Source: an uncultured delta proteobacterium (GTDB lineage Bacteria; Myxococcota; Myxococcia; Myxococcales; Myxococcaceae). Taken from it: DNA of 64,000 bases. The DNA lies in assembly GCA_963796055.1 (NCBI GenBank), contig CAWCKH010000004.1, positions 3,328,001 through 3,392,000 on the forward strand, read 5' to 3'. The notes beneath the pieces were generated by a model. That model searched no databases. It worked only from the letters and a program-made list of their open reading frames with translations, and was not told where the DNA came from. A program made the translations under genes and the position numbers. Shown piece by piece: positions 10,689-19,463 of this stretch; the first letter of the stretch is position 1, and each line of letters begins with the position of its first letter.

Positions 10689-11426
10689 ATGCGCGTTGAC
10701 GCAGCCCCGCGCCGGGGCCTACCTGTCCCCCGCGTGTCCCCCAAGGCAACTCCCTCGCTCGCTGCCCCGTCCGGCGCCGGAACCTCGGCGCTGATCCGCT
10801 CGGTCCGCTGGTCCTCCGCGGTGCGGCTCATGGACAGCCTGGTCCACGACGTACGTAACCCCCTGAACGCGCTGGCGATCAACGTGGAGATCCTCCACGA
10901 GAAGCTGGCGCGCGCCGCCGGGGGAGAGGTGCCTGCGGCGCAGGCGAAGAATCTCCAGGCGATGCGCGAGCAGATCGCCCGGGTGAACGGGATGCTCGGG
11001 GACTTCGCCCGCTTCCTCGCCCCGTCGCCCGGTACCTCGTCGGTGCTCTGCCTGTCGCAGGTGGTCCGCGAGGCGCTGGGGGTGCTGGGGCACGCCACCC
11101 GCCGGGCACGGGTGAAGGTCGCGATCGACGTGCCAGAGCAGCAGGCGGCGGTGGCGGCGATGGACCCCTCGGGGCTCGCCTTCCTGGTCCTGACCTCGGT
11201 GCTGCGGGCCATCGAGCGCACGCCCGAGGCGGGGCAGGTCCGGGTCTCCGTGCGGGACGAGGGGACACGCGTCGTGCTGCACGTCCAGGACGGAGGACGG
11301 GAGGAGGGCGAGGAGACCGAGGTGGAGCAGGCGGTGGCGGCGGTGGCGAGGGAATACGGGGCGGAGTTCCACGTCCGAGGGTCGCAGCTGCGGCTCTCCT
11401 TTCGAGCCGGCCAGGTGCCGGCGTGA
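10689..11426 (+). CDS. nla6S: Atypical cytoplasmic histidine kinase, Nla6S-like
   Basis: H-box LVHDVRNPLN; catalytic domain lacks the N-box Asn and G boxes, with only VQDGG remaining; directly upstream of an NtrC-like gene; start uncertain. Confidence 0.7.
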   Translation: MRVDAAPRRGLPVPRVSPKATPSLAAPSGAGTSALIRSVRWSSAVRLMDSLVHDVRNPLNALAINVEILHEKLARAAGGEVPAAQAKNLQAMREQIARVNGMLGDFARFLAPSPGTSSVLCLSQVVREALGVLGHATRRARVKVAIDVPEQQAAVAAMDPSGLAFLVLTSVLRAIERTPEAGQVRVSVRDEGTRVVLHVQDGGREEGEETEVEQAVAAVAREYGAEFHVRGSQLRLSFRAGQVPA

Positions 11427-11448
11427 ACCCCTGGAGATCGGAATCCAC

Positions 11449-12879
11449 GTGAGCAGCGCACGCATCCTGGCCGTCGACGACGAGCACAGCACCGCCCAGG
11501 CCCTGGCGGAGATGCTCGGGCTGTGGGGGCACAAGGTGGAAACCGCTGGCGACGGGACCGACGCGCTGAAGAAGGCGACCGAGTTCCGCCCGGACGTGGT
11601 GCTCTCGGATCTCGCGATGCCCGAGACCGACGGGCTGTGGCTGCTGCGCGCGCTCAAGGACGACCTGCCGGACTGCCCGGTCATCTTCCTCACCGGCCGG
11701 GCCACCATCGACGCCGCGGTGGCGGCGATTCGCGAGGGGGCCTACGACTTCATCGAGAAGCCGGTCGACCCTGCGCGCCTCAAGATCTGCATCGACCGGG
11801 CGCTGGAGAAGAAGGAGACCCTGCGCGAGGTGCAGGTGCTCCGTCGGAAGCTGAAGCAGATGGGCGCCACCGACTTCATCGGCGCCTCGGTGGCGATGCG
11901 GAGGGTGTTCGAGCTCATCGAGAAGGTCGCCCCGGCGAAGGCCAGCGTGGCGATCACCGGTGAGTCGGGGACGGGCAAGGAGATGGTGGCCCGGAGCATC
12001 CACAACCTCTCGCCCCGGCGGGACAAGCCCTTCATCGCCATCAACTGTGCCTCCATCCCGGCGACCCTGATGGAGAGCGAGCTGCTGGGCCACGAGCGGG
12101 GCGCGTTCACCGGGGCCGACCAGCGGCGGCCGGGGGTGTTCGAGCTGGCACACGGCGGCACGCTGTTCCTCGACGAGGTGGGCGAGATCCCCTTCGAGCT
12201 CCAGGCCAAGCTCCTCCGGGTGCTCGAGGAGGGCCGGCTGCGGCGGCTGGGGGGAAAGACCGAGATCGAGGTCGACGTCCGGGTGCTCTGCGCCACCAAC
12301 CGCGACTTCAAGGCGGAGATCCGCGCCAGCCGTTTCCGCGAGGACCTGTTCTTCCGGCTCAACGTGTTCCAGATCGCCCTTCCGGCCTTGCGCGAGCGGC
12401 GCGAGGACGTGCCGATGCTGGTCCAGCACTTCGTGGAGAAGTTCAACCAGGATTCGGGCAAGCACGTCACCGGGGTGCACCCGGCGGCGATGGAGCTGCT
12501 CCGGGCGTACGACTGGCCGGGCAACATCCGCGAGCTGAAGAACGCGGTGGAACGGGCAGTCATTCTCTGCGACGGCGAGCTCATCAGTCGCGACCACCTG
12601 CCTCCCGACATGGTGGGGAAGGGTCCAGAGCGACACGTCTTCCGCATCGCCTACGGACTCACCCTGGACGCGGTGGAGAAGGAGTACATCCTGGGGAGCC
12701 TCCAGCGAAACGCGAACAACAAGGCGCGGACCGCGGAGATCCTCGGGGTGAGCGAGAAGACGCTCTACAACAAGCTCAACCGCTACGCCTCCGAGGCCCG
12801 TGTGGCCGCTGCAGCCGCCGAGGCGGCCGGGCCCTCGCAGCCCCCGCTCACTCAACCGGCAAGCGCCCAGAATCGTTGA
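11449..12879 (+). CDS. nla6: Sigma54-dependent response regulator (NtrC-family enhancer-binding protein), Nla6-like
   Basis: Receiver domain, GESGTGKE, GAFTGA, FLDEVGE, WPGNIREL, Fis-type HTH; symbol inferred from the partner kinase. Confidence 0.85.
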   Translation: MSSARILAVDDEHSTAQALAEMLGLWGHKVETAGDGTDALKKATEFRPDVVLSDLAMPETDGLWLLRALKDDLPDCPVIFLTGRATIDAAVAAIREGAYDFIEKPVDPARLKICIDRALEKKETLREVQVLRRKLKQMGATDFIGASVAMRRVFELIEKVAPAKASVAITGESGTGKEMVARSIHNLSPRRDKPFIAINCASIPATLMESELLGHERGAFTGADQRRPGVFELAHGGTLFLDEVGEIPFELQAKLLRVLEEGRLRRLGGKTEIEVDVRVLCATNRDFKAEIRASRFREDLFFRLNVFQIALPALRERREDVPMLVQHFVEKFNQDSGKHVTGVHPAAMELLRAYDWPGNIRELKNAVERAVILCDGELISRDHLPPDMVGKGPERHVFRIAYGLTLDAVEKEYILGSLQRNANNKARTAEILGVSEKTLYNKLNRYASEARVAAAAAEAAGPSQPPLTQPASAQNR

Positions 12880-13061
12880 AGAATCAGCATGCCGGGGCGC
12901 GTCAAGCGCGTCCGGTCGACCTTGACTTTTTCCCCCCGGACGGAGGATTCTCGGGGGTCACTCCCGTGTTTGCCTGAACGGCCGCCGCCCTCCCGCTACA
13001 TGTCGTGCGGGCGGCTGCGGGAATTACGGCTCGCTGCTGCAAGGACAGCCCACATTACCCC

Positions 13062-14996
13062 ATGCGTGACGGACCCGTTCTGCACCTGTTCGGAGGAAAG
13101 GGAGGCGCAGGCAAGAGCACCCTGGCCTCTGCCTTCGCCCTGACCCTGACCGACGCCGCTCCCAAGGAGTCGGTCCTCCTCTGCAGCTCCGAGCCCACCA
13201 AGGCCCTCTCCGACGTTTGGAAGAGGCGGCTCGGCGGGAAGCCTACCCGGCTGGTTGCCGGCAAGGGGGAGGGCGGGCTGTCGGCGTACGAGTTCGAGCC
13301 CGAGTCGGTCCAGGCCAAGGCCGAGGCCATCCGCGCCGCCCTGGCCTCCGGAGCGGCGAAGGGTCTGCTGATGTCCGATGAGGACGTCGGCAAGCTGGTC
13401 TCCGGCGTGGTGCCCGGCGTCGAGCCGCTGCTCGGCCTGCTGGACGTCGTGGCCCAGCTCGAGTCCGGCAAGCTGGACCGGGTGGTGGTGGACATGGCCG
13501 GCACCGGTCCCACCTTGCGCCTGTTCGACCACGCCACCGTTCTTCGCCGGGCGGTGGCCCTGGCCCGGGGCGAGAAGCCCAGCGGGAAGAAGAAGGACAC
13601 CGTCCCGGTGGGCGACACCCCGCTGGACCAGCTGGTGGCGGAGCTGGATCGCTTCTGGGCGCTGGTGAAGGACCCGGCGCGGACCGCGTTCCACCTCGTG
13701 GCGCAGGCCGAGCCGGTGGGCGAGGCCCAGGCCAAGGCGCTGTTCACCGGCCTGCGCGAGCGCGGCATCCCGGTCGCGGAGATCGTGGTCAACGCGGTGG
13801 AGGAGCGGGCCAGCTCCCCGGCCTATGTGGGCCGCCGTGGGCTGCAGGCGCCGCACGTCCGCAAGTTCCAGACCTTCGACAAGACCGTCCCGGTCCATCT
13901 GGTGCAGCGCCGGGTGGAGGCGCCGAAGGGTCTGGAGGGACTGCGTCCGTTCGCCAAGGAGATCGCCGGGGGCCGGGAGACCAAGGCCCTGGAGTTCAGC
14001 GCCGCCGAGGGCCCGCCCGCGCTGGTGCGGGCGCCGTCCATGCCGCCCATCGCCGCCCCGCCGCTGCCGCCCACCCGGCTCATCTTCTTCGTGGGCCAGG
14101 GCGGGGTGGGGAAGTCGTCCTGCGCCGCGGCGGCGGCGGTGACGCTCACCGAGAAGGAAGGGCCGGTGCTGCTGATCAGCGTCGACCCGGCGCACGGGCT
14201 GTCGGACGTGCTGCAGAGCCGGCTCACCGACACCGAGACGCAGGTGAAGGGCACCAAGGGCCTCTACGCGCGCGAGCTGGACGTGCCCGGGTGGTTCGGC
14301 GCCCTCCGCAAGCGCTGGCGGGAGAAGGCGGAGAAGGTCTTCGAGTCCTTCGGCAAGCAGGAGGGGACAGACCGCGAGGTGCTCAAGAACCTGCTCGACG
14401 TGGCCCCGGCCGGCCTCGAGGACCTGGCGGCGGTGAGCGTCCTCACCGACGCGCTGGTCCAGGAGCGCTTCAAGCGCATCGTGGTGGACCCGGTGGCCTC
14501 GTCCACCGGGGTGCGGCTGCTCGAGGTGCCGGAGCTGGCCCGGACCTGGCTGACCAACCTCTTGGCGGTCCTGGTGAAGTACCGCGCCAAGGGGCTGGGT
14601 GAGCTGGCCGACGAGGCCGCCGCGCTGCTCAAGCACGTCAAGCGCTTCGAGGAGGCGGTGGTGAATCCCGCCGAGGCCCGCTTCGTGGTCGTCACCCGCG
14701 GCGAGGAGCTGGCGGCGGCGCGCACCGAGCGCATCGTGGAGGAGCTCCAGGGCAAGAAGCTGGCGGTGGAGCGGGTGCTGGTGAACCGCGTCCTCCCCAA
14801 GACCACCGACCCGGCCGCCGAGGAGCGCCGCCGGCAAGAGCACAACGTGGCCAAGGCGCTGGAGAAGAAGATCGGCCTGACGGTCACCGTGGCCCCGGCA
14901 CTGGGGCGTTACCCGGCCGGGCTCCGCGAGCTCAAGTCCTTCCGGACCGCCTGGTACGCGCTCACCGCCACCCAGGCCAAGACCCGGGCCGCCTGA
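13062..14996 (+). CDS. ArsA/GET3-family ATPase, tandem two-domain
   Basis: GGKGGAGKST and VGQGGVGKSS P-loops, SVDPAHGLSD. Confidence 0.88.
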   Translation: MRDGPVLHLFGGKGGAGKSTLASAFALTLTDAAPKESVLLCSSEPTKALSDVWKRRLGGKPTRLVAGKGEGGLSAYEFEPESVQAKAEAIRAALASGAAKGLLMSDEDVGKLVSGVVPGVEPLLGLLDVVAQLESGKLDRVVVDMAGTGPTLRLFDHATVLRRAVALARGEKPSGKKKDTVPVGDTPLDQLVAELDRFWALVKDPARTAFHLVAQAEPVGEAQAKALFTGLRERGIPVAEIVVNAVEERASSPAYVGRRGLQAPHVRKFQTFDKTVPVHLVQRRVEAPKGLEGLRPFAKEIAGGRETKALEFSAAEGPPALVRAPSMPPIAAPPLPPTRLIFFVGQGGVGKSSCAAAAAVTLTEKEGPVLLISVDPAHGLSDVLQSRLTDTETQVKGTKGLYARELDVPGWFGALRKRWREKAEKVFESFGKQEGTDREVLKNLLDVAPAGLEDLAAVSVLTDALVQERFKRIVVDPVASSTGVRLLEVPELARTWLTNLLAVLVKYRAKGLGELADEAAALLKHVKRFEEAVVNPAEARFVVVTRGEELAAARTERIVEELQGKKLAVERVLVNRVLPKTTDPAAEERRRQEHNVAKALEKKIGLTVTVAPALGRYPAGLRELKSFRTAWYALTATQAKTRAA

Positions 14997-15001
14997 GCGC
15001 C

Positions 15002-15967
15002 GTGGCGGCCCCCTCGTTCGCCCTCGATTTCGAGCGGCCGCTGCTCGAGCTGGAGCGGAAGATCGACGAGCTGAAGTCACTCTCCGCCGCGGCGCCGGGC
15101 GACTTCACAGCCGAGATCCAGAAGCTGGAGAAGAAGGCCCGCCGGCTGCAGTCGGAGATCTTCAGCGACCTCTCCCGCTGGCAGGTGACGCAGCTGTCGC
15201 GCCATCCCCAGCGGCCCTACTTCCTGGACTACGTGCAGCTGCTGTTCACCGACTTCTTCGAGCTCGCCGGAGACCGCTCGTACGGCGAGGACCCGTCCAT
15301 CGTCGGCGGCTGGGCCCGTCTGGACGGCCGGCCCCTGATGCTGCTGGGGCACCAGAAGGGCCGGAACACCAAGGAGAACATGCTCCGGAACTTCGGGATG
15401 CCGAGACCCGAGGGCTACCGCAAGGCGCGCCGGCTGATGGAGCTCGCCGACCGGTTCGGCCGTCCGGTGCTCACCTTCGTCGACACCCCGGGCGCCTACC
15501 CCGGCATCGGCGCCGAGGAGCGGGGGCAGGCCGAGGCCATCGCGGTGAACCTCGAGGTGATGAGCCGGCTGCGCGTTCCGGTGATCAGCGTGGTCATCGG
15601 CGAGGGGGGCTCGGGAGGGGCCCTGGCCATCGCGGTGGCCAACCGGGTGCTGATGCTGGAGAACAGCATCTACTCGGTCATCAGCCCCGAGTCCTGCTCC
15701 AGCATCCTCTACCGGGACACCACCAAGGCGGAGAAGGCGGCAGACGCGCTCCGGCTCACCGCCCGCGATCTGCTCCAGCTGAAGGTGGTGGACGAGCTGA
15801 TCCCCGAGCCCGAGGGTGGCGCGCACCGCGATCCGGCCCGGGCGGCGGAGGCCGTGGGCCGGGTGGTGCGCCGGCATCTCCACGCGCTGCTCGCTCTCGA
15901 CGGACCGGCGCTGGTCGAGGACCGCTACCGGAAGTTCCGGGCGATGGGGCCCTTCGTCTCCGGCTGA
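15002..15967 (+). CDS. accA: Acetyl-CoA carboxylase carboxyltransferase alpha subunit
   Basis: LDFERP, RHPQRP, DTPGAYPG, GEGGSGGAL. Confidence 0.97.
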   Translation: MAAPSFALDFERPLLELERKIDELKSLSAAAPGDFTAEIQKLEKKARRLQSEIFSDLSRWQVTQLSRHPQRPYFLDYVQLLFTDFFELAGDRSYGEDPSIVGGWARLDGRPLMLLGHQKGRNTKENMLRNFGMPRPEGYRKARRLMELADRFGRPVLTFVDTPGAYPGIGAEERGQAEAIAVNLEVMSRLRVPVISVVIGEGGSGGALAIAVANRVLMLENSIYSVISPESCSSILYRDTTKAEKAADALRLTARDLLQLKVVDELIPEPEGGAHRDPARAAEAVGRVVRRHLHALLALDGPALVEDRYRKFRAMGPFVSG

Positions 15968-15970
15968 CCC

Positions 15971-16663
15971 GTGCGCCCCTTCATCGTCGCCATCGACGGG
16001 CCGGCGGGAGCGGGGAAGAGCACCGTCTCCAAGCTGCTGGCCCGCCGGCTGGGGCTGTCCTTCGTGGACACCGGCGCGCTCTACCGGACGGTGGCGCTCT
16101 CGGCGCGGCGGCAGCGCATCGCCACCGGGGACGACGCCGGGCTGTCGGCGCTCCTGGGGCGCATCCGCATCTCGTTCCAGGCGGTGGGCGAGGAGAACCG
16201 GGTCTACCTCGATGGGGAGGACGTCTCGGGGGCGATCCGTACCCCGGAGATCTCGCTGCTGGCCAGCGCGGTCTCCGCCCGGCCAGTGGTGCGCGAGGGG
16301 CTGCTGGGCCTGCAGCGGCGGCTGGCGCTCGAGGCTCCGGTGGGGGCGGTGCTCGAGGGCCGCGACATCGGGACGGTGGTCTTCCCCGACGCCGACCTCA
16401 AGTTCTTCCTCGAGGCCAACCCGGACGTGCGGGCGCGTCGCCGGTACGAGGAGCTGTTCCAGAAGGGAGCGGAGAGCACGCTGGAAGCGGTGCTCGCCGA
16501 CCAGACCAAGCGCGACCGCGACGACGCCTCGCGCGCGGTGGCGCCGCTGAAGCCAGCCGAGGATGCGGTGCGGGTGGACAGCTCGGGCCTGCCCCTCTCC
16601 GAGGTGGTGCAGCGCCTCGAGCGCACCATCCGGGAGCGGATGGCGGGCCGGAGCGGCGCCTAG
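15971..16663 (+). CDS. cmk: Cytidylate kinase
   Basis: IDGPAGAGKST, DTGALYR, EGRDIGTVVFPDA. Confidence 0.97.
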   Translation: MRPFIVAIDGPAGAGKSTVSKLLARRLGLSFVDTGALYRTVALSARRQRIATGDDAGLSALLGRIRISFQAVGEENRVYLDGEDVSGAIRTPEISLLASAVSARPVVREGLLGLQRRLALEAPVGAVLEGRDIGTVVFPDADLKFFLEANPDVRARRRYEELFQKGAESTLEAVLADQTKRDRDDASRAVAPLKPAEDAVRVDSSGLPLSEVVQRLERTIRERMAGRSGA

Positions 16664-17254
16664 CTACGAGCCGCCCACCGCGCCGGTGCCGCAGGCCGGA
16701 CAGGGAGGCACCGCGCTGCCTGCCGAGGGTGGCGTCTCGAGATACAGGGTGATGCGCGACGAGACGATCCGGGGATTGCCCTGGGGGACGCAGTTGACGA
16801 AGTCCACCCCGGCGGTGGTCACCGTGTAGCCGTAGAACCCGAACGCCTCGACCACGGTCCAGGGCGGGATCCCGGGACCTCGGTCCATCAGCCACGTCTC
16901 GGTGCACCAGTTCGCTCCGCCACCGTTGGAGAGCTCCAGCGCCGGCCAGATGGCCTTGTCCAGATTCTGGATCTGGCGATCCCCCGTCCAGCCGTTCAGG
17001 ATGGCCGTCTGGTAGTTCGCGGCCGGGGTCAACACCGTCAGCGCCGCAGGGTAGTTGGAGCGGTAGACCGCCAGCTGCCGCTCGGCGGCGAGCGTGGCCC
17101 GCGCGGCGGCGATGCTCTGCCCGCGGGAGGCGATGCTCATCAGCAGCTGGTTCTCCGTGCGGCTGTAGATGAACGCTGCGATGAGCGAGAGAACCGCCGC
17201 CGCGGCGAGCACGACCAGGAGGACAAAGCCTCGGGGGGCAGGGGTTCGGCTCAT
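16664..17254 (-). CDS. pilX: Type IV minor pilin, PilX-like
   Basis: Prepilin site G|FVLLVV without Glu5, typical of PilX; last gene of the cluster. Confidence 0.7.
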   Translation of the reverse strand: MSRTPAPRGFVLLVVLAAAAVLSLIAAFIYSRTENQLLMSIASRGQSIAAARATLAAERQLAVYRSNYPAALTVLTPAANYQTAILNGWTGDRQIQNLDKAIWPALELSNGGGANWCTETWLMDRGPGIPPWTVVEAFGFYGYTVTTAGVDFVNCVPQGNPRIVSSRITLYLETPPSAGSAVPPCPACGTGAVGGS

Positions 17255-18429
17255 GGGGTCACCGCGTTGCGGAAGAGGACCGACGTCTGCATGGTGGACC
17301 GGACCACGTTGTCCACCGTCGCCGGGAGATGGTTGAGCAGCGGCGGTGGCCCCTCCCCCGGGCGCCGCAGGGTTTCCTGCCCGCGCGAGGCGACCATGAT
17401 CTGTGCGCCGTAGATCGATGCTGCGGTCTGGGTGATCGCCGCCGTCCACGCCGGCTGGTCGAAGCCGCAGGTGGGGTCCCCGCCGGCAAGCTGGCACCAG
17501 CTACCCGCGGGGGACCAGCCGGTCGGAACGCGCCAGGCGATCTGGAGGTCATCCACGCCCTCGGCCACCATGATCGGGGGCAGCAGGTCGGTGGTGCAGA
17601 CCTGGACCCCGGTCCCCACCGGGTTACAGGGTGGGTTGGTCTGCATGTGAAGCCCGATGCGAGCGGGCCGTCCGGGCGCATCCGCAGTCTGGAAGACCAG
17701 ATACCGGTGTCGCTGCTGGACGACCTCCACCTGCATCAAAGGGCCGGGGCAGTTGGCCGGCCACGGCGTCGCCGAGGGCGCCAGGTTGACGTCCACGCTC
17801 TGGACGGTGAGCTGGGCGACCGCGCCACCGGCGATGGGCGGGACGACCCGGCCCATGCAGTGGATGTCGTCGTTCCAGAACATGAGCAGAGGGGCGAAGC
17901 TCCCCACCGCCGTCAGCTCGTTGGCGATGAACGGGTTGGGGGAGATGCGGAGGGTGCGCTGGTTGGGCAAGGGGATCCCCACCAGGCTCTGGACCTGCGC
18001 GGCCAGCCGTTGGGCGGTGGCCTGCTGCTCGCCCTGCAGCACCTCGAACGCATCCGTGCCGGGGATGAAGCCGGGCAGGGGAGGGGCGACCTGGACGATG
18101 GTGCTGGACGCCAGCAGGTCGTCCTGGAGCGTGGTGATGTTCGTGCCGAGATCGTCGTACGGGCGGACCACCACGGCGTAGGACACGCCGCCGTCCACCT
18201 GGGCGCCGCCGTGGAACCGAAGACCGGCGTTCTCCAGGTCCCGCTGCATCATGGTGAGCCCGAGCCCCGCCGTCGCCTGCGTCGAGAGCAGCCGCTCGGT
18301 GTTCCGCGCAAACTGGCTCTGGAGGTCGAACGCAGCCATCGCCGCGGTGATGATGATCAGTCCCACCGCGGCGGCGACCATCAGCTCCAGCAGGGTGAAG
18401 GCGCGCCGGCGCTCAGTTCGGACTGACAT
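17251..18429 (-). CDS. pilW: Type IV minor pilin, PilW-like
   Basis: A|FTLLELMV, RDLENAG, VAEGVDDLQI. Confidence 0.8.
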   Translation of the reverse strand: MSVRTERRRAFTLLELMVAAAVGLIIITAAMAAFDLQSQFARNTERLLSTQATAGLGLTMMQRDLENAGLRFHGGAQVDGGVSYAVVVRPYDDLGTNITTLQDDLLASSTIVQVAPPLPGFIPGTDAFEVLQGEQQATAQRLAAQVQSLVGIPLPNQRTLRISPNPFIANELTAVGSFAPLLMFWNDDIHCMGRVVPPIAGGAVAQLTVQSVDVNLAPSATPWPANCPGPLMQVEVVQQRHRYLVFQTADAPGRPARIGLHMQTNPPCNPVGTGVQVCTTDLLPPIMVAEGVDDLQIAWRVPTGWSPAGSWCQLAGGDPTCGFDQPAWTAAITQTAASIYGAQIMVASRGQETLRRPGEGPPPLLNHLPATVDNVVRSTMQTSVLFRNAVTP

Positions 18430-18895
18430 AGGTCGCCTGGCTCACGGTGATGGGGTTCGCCCCGTTCGGCGGCTGGTTGGTGACCTGCACGGTCACGAAG
18501 TACGAGGGGACGGCGACGCTGCCGGTGCCCAGCTCGGGCGGCGGCAGCGCACCCGGCACGCCCGGCGGACCGGCAGTGTCCACGACGGTGACGGAGACGG
18601 TGTAGCTCTTGCCGCCGCCGTCGGGCTGCTCGGTCACCTTGTAGGGCGCAGGGCTGAACGGCGAGACGCCTCCGGTGGCGGTCTGCAGAGCGGTGAACCC
18701 CATCATCGACCAGCGCTCCAGCTCCTGGGTGGCCAGGCGGGCCGTCTGGGCGTAGCGCATGCCCTGGGCGGCGTTCGTCGCGCTCTTCACCGACAGCAGC
18801 GAGACCGCCACCACCGCGACGAAGAAGATGGCGCCAGCGACCAGCGCCTCCAGGAGCGTGAACCCCTTCCGCCTAAGGACACCAGGTCTCGCCAT
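18413..18895 (-). CDS. pilV: Type IV minor pilin, PilV-like
   Basis: G|FTLLEALVA, A..LA.QELE. Confidence 0.75.
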   Translation of the reverse strand: MARPGVLRRKGFTLLEALVAGAIFFVAVVAVSLLSVKSATNAAQGMRYAQTARLATQELERWSMMGFTALQTATGGVSPFSPAPYKVTEQPDGGGKSYTVSVTVVDTAGPPGVPGALPPPELGTGSVAVPSYFVTVQVTNQPPNGANPITVSQATYVSPN

Positions 18896-19463
18896 CGCGC
18901 TGTACCCTCGTCGTGCCATCGTTGAAGAGGATCACCGAGCGGACGATGCTGGGCTCGGTCAAATCACTCACCCGGATGCAGTACGGAAACGGGCCCGGCG
19001 CCGGGGTCACCGTGACCTGCCCGTTCATGTTGAAACCCACCTGGAACGGTGCCGGCTGCACCACCCCGGCCCCGGTGACGACCACCAGCGACTGCCCGTT
19101 GGTGGTGGGGAGGTTGTCCCGGGAGTAGTCCACCCGGTCCGTGAGGGCGACGTAGCTGACCACCGCCGTGGTCGGGTCCTGCTTGTAGAAGACGAAGCCC
19201 TGGTTGGCGTCGGCTCCTGCGGCTCCGGGGCCGTTCGGGCCGAAGAAGTAGCCTTGCGCCGCCCCCTGACTCACCGCGTTGGTGCGCACCGTCTGCAGCC
19301 GCTGGAGGACGAGCCGGGCCTCGGCGGCCACCCGGGAGACCTTCCGGGCGTTGCTGAGCGCATTGGCGGCCAGGGCGACCAGGATGGCGGAGATGGCCAC
19401 GGTGACCATCAGCTCCATCAGGGTGAAGCCCCGGGCTGCTCGCCTCACTTGACGCGTTGCCAT
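18873..19463 (-). CDS. fimU: Type IV minor pilin, FimU/FimT-like
   Basis: G|FTLMELMVTVAI, LQTVRTNAV, VGFNMNG. Confidence 0.78.
   Translation of the reverse strand: MATRQVRRAARGFTLMELMVTVAISAILVALAANALSNARKVSRVAAEARLVLQRLQTVRTNAVSQGAAQGYFFGPNGPGAAGADANQGFVFYKQDPTTAVVSYVALTDRVDYSRDNLPTTNGQSLVVVTGAGVVQPAPFQVGFNMNGQVTVTPAPGPFPYCIRVSDLTEPSIVRSVILFNDGTTRVQRDGETWCP

Noticed and set aside
10684..10700. Possible sigma54 promoter CGGGATGCGCGTTGAC before the atypical kinase
   Set aside because: Has GA instead of GC at -12 and overlaps a candidate start codon; too weak to call
12900..13060. Possible riboswitch or sRNA upstream of the ArsA-like gene
   Set aside because: Only one imperfect GC-rich hairpin and a TTGACT hexamer; no recognisable RNA family
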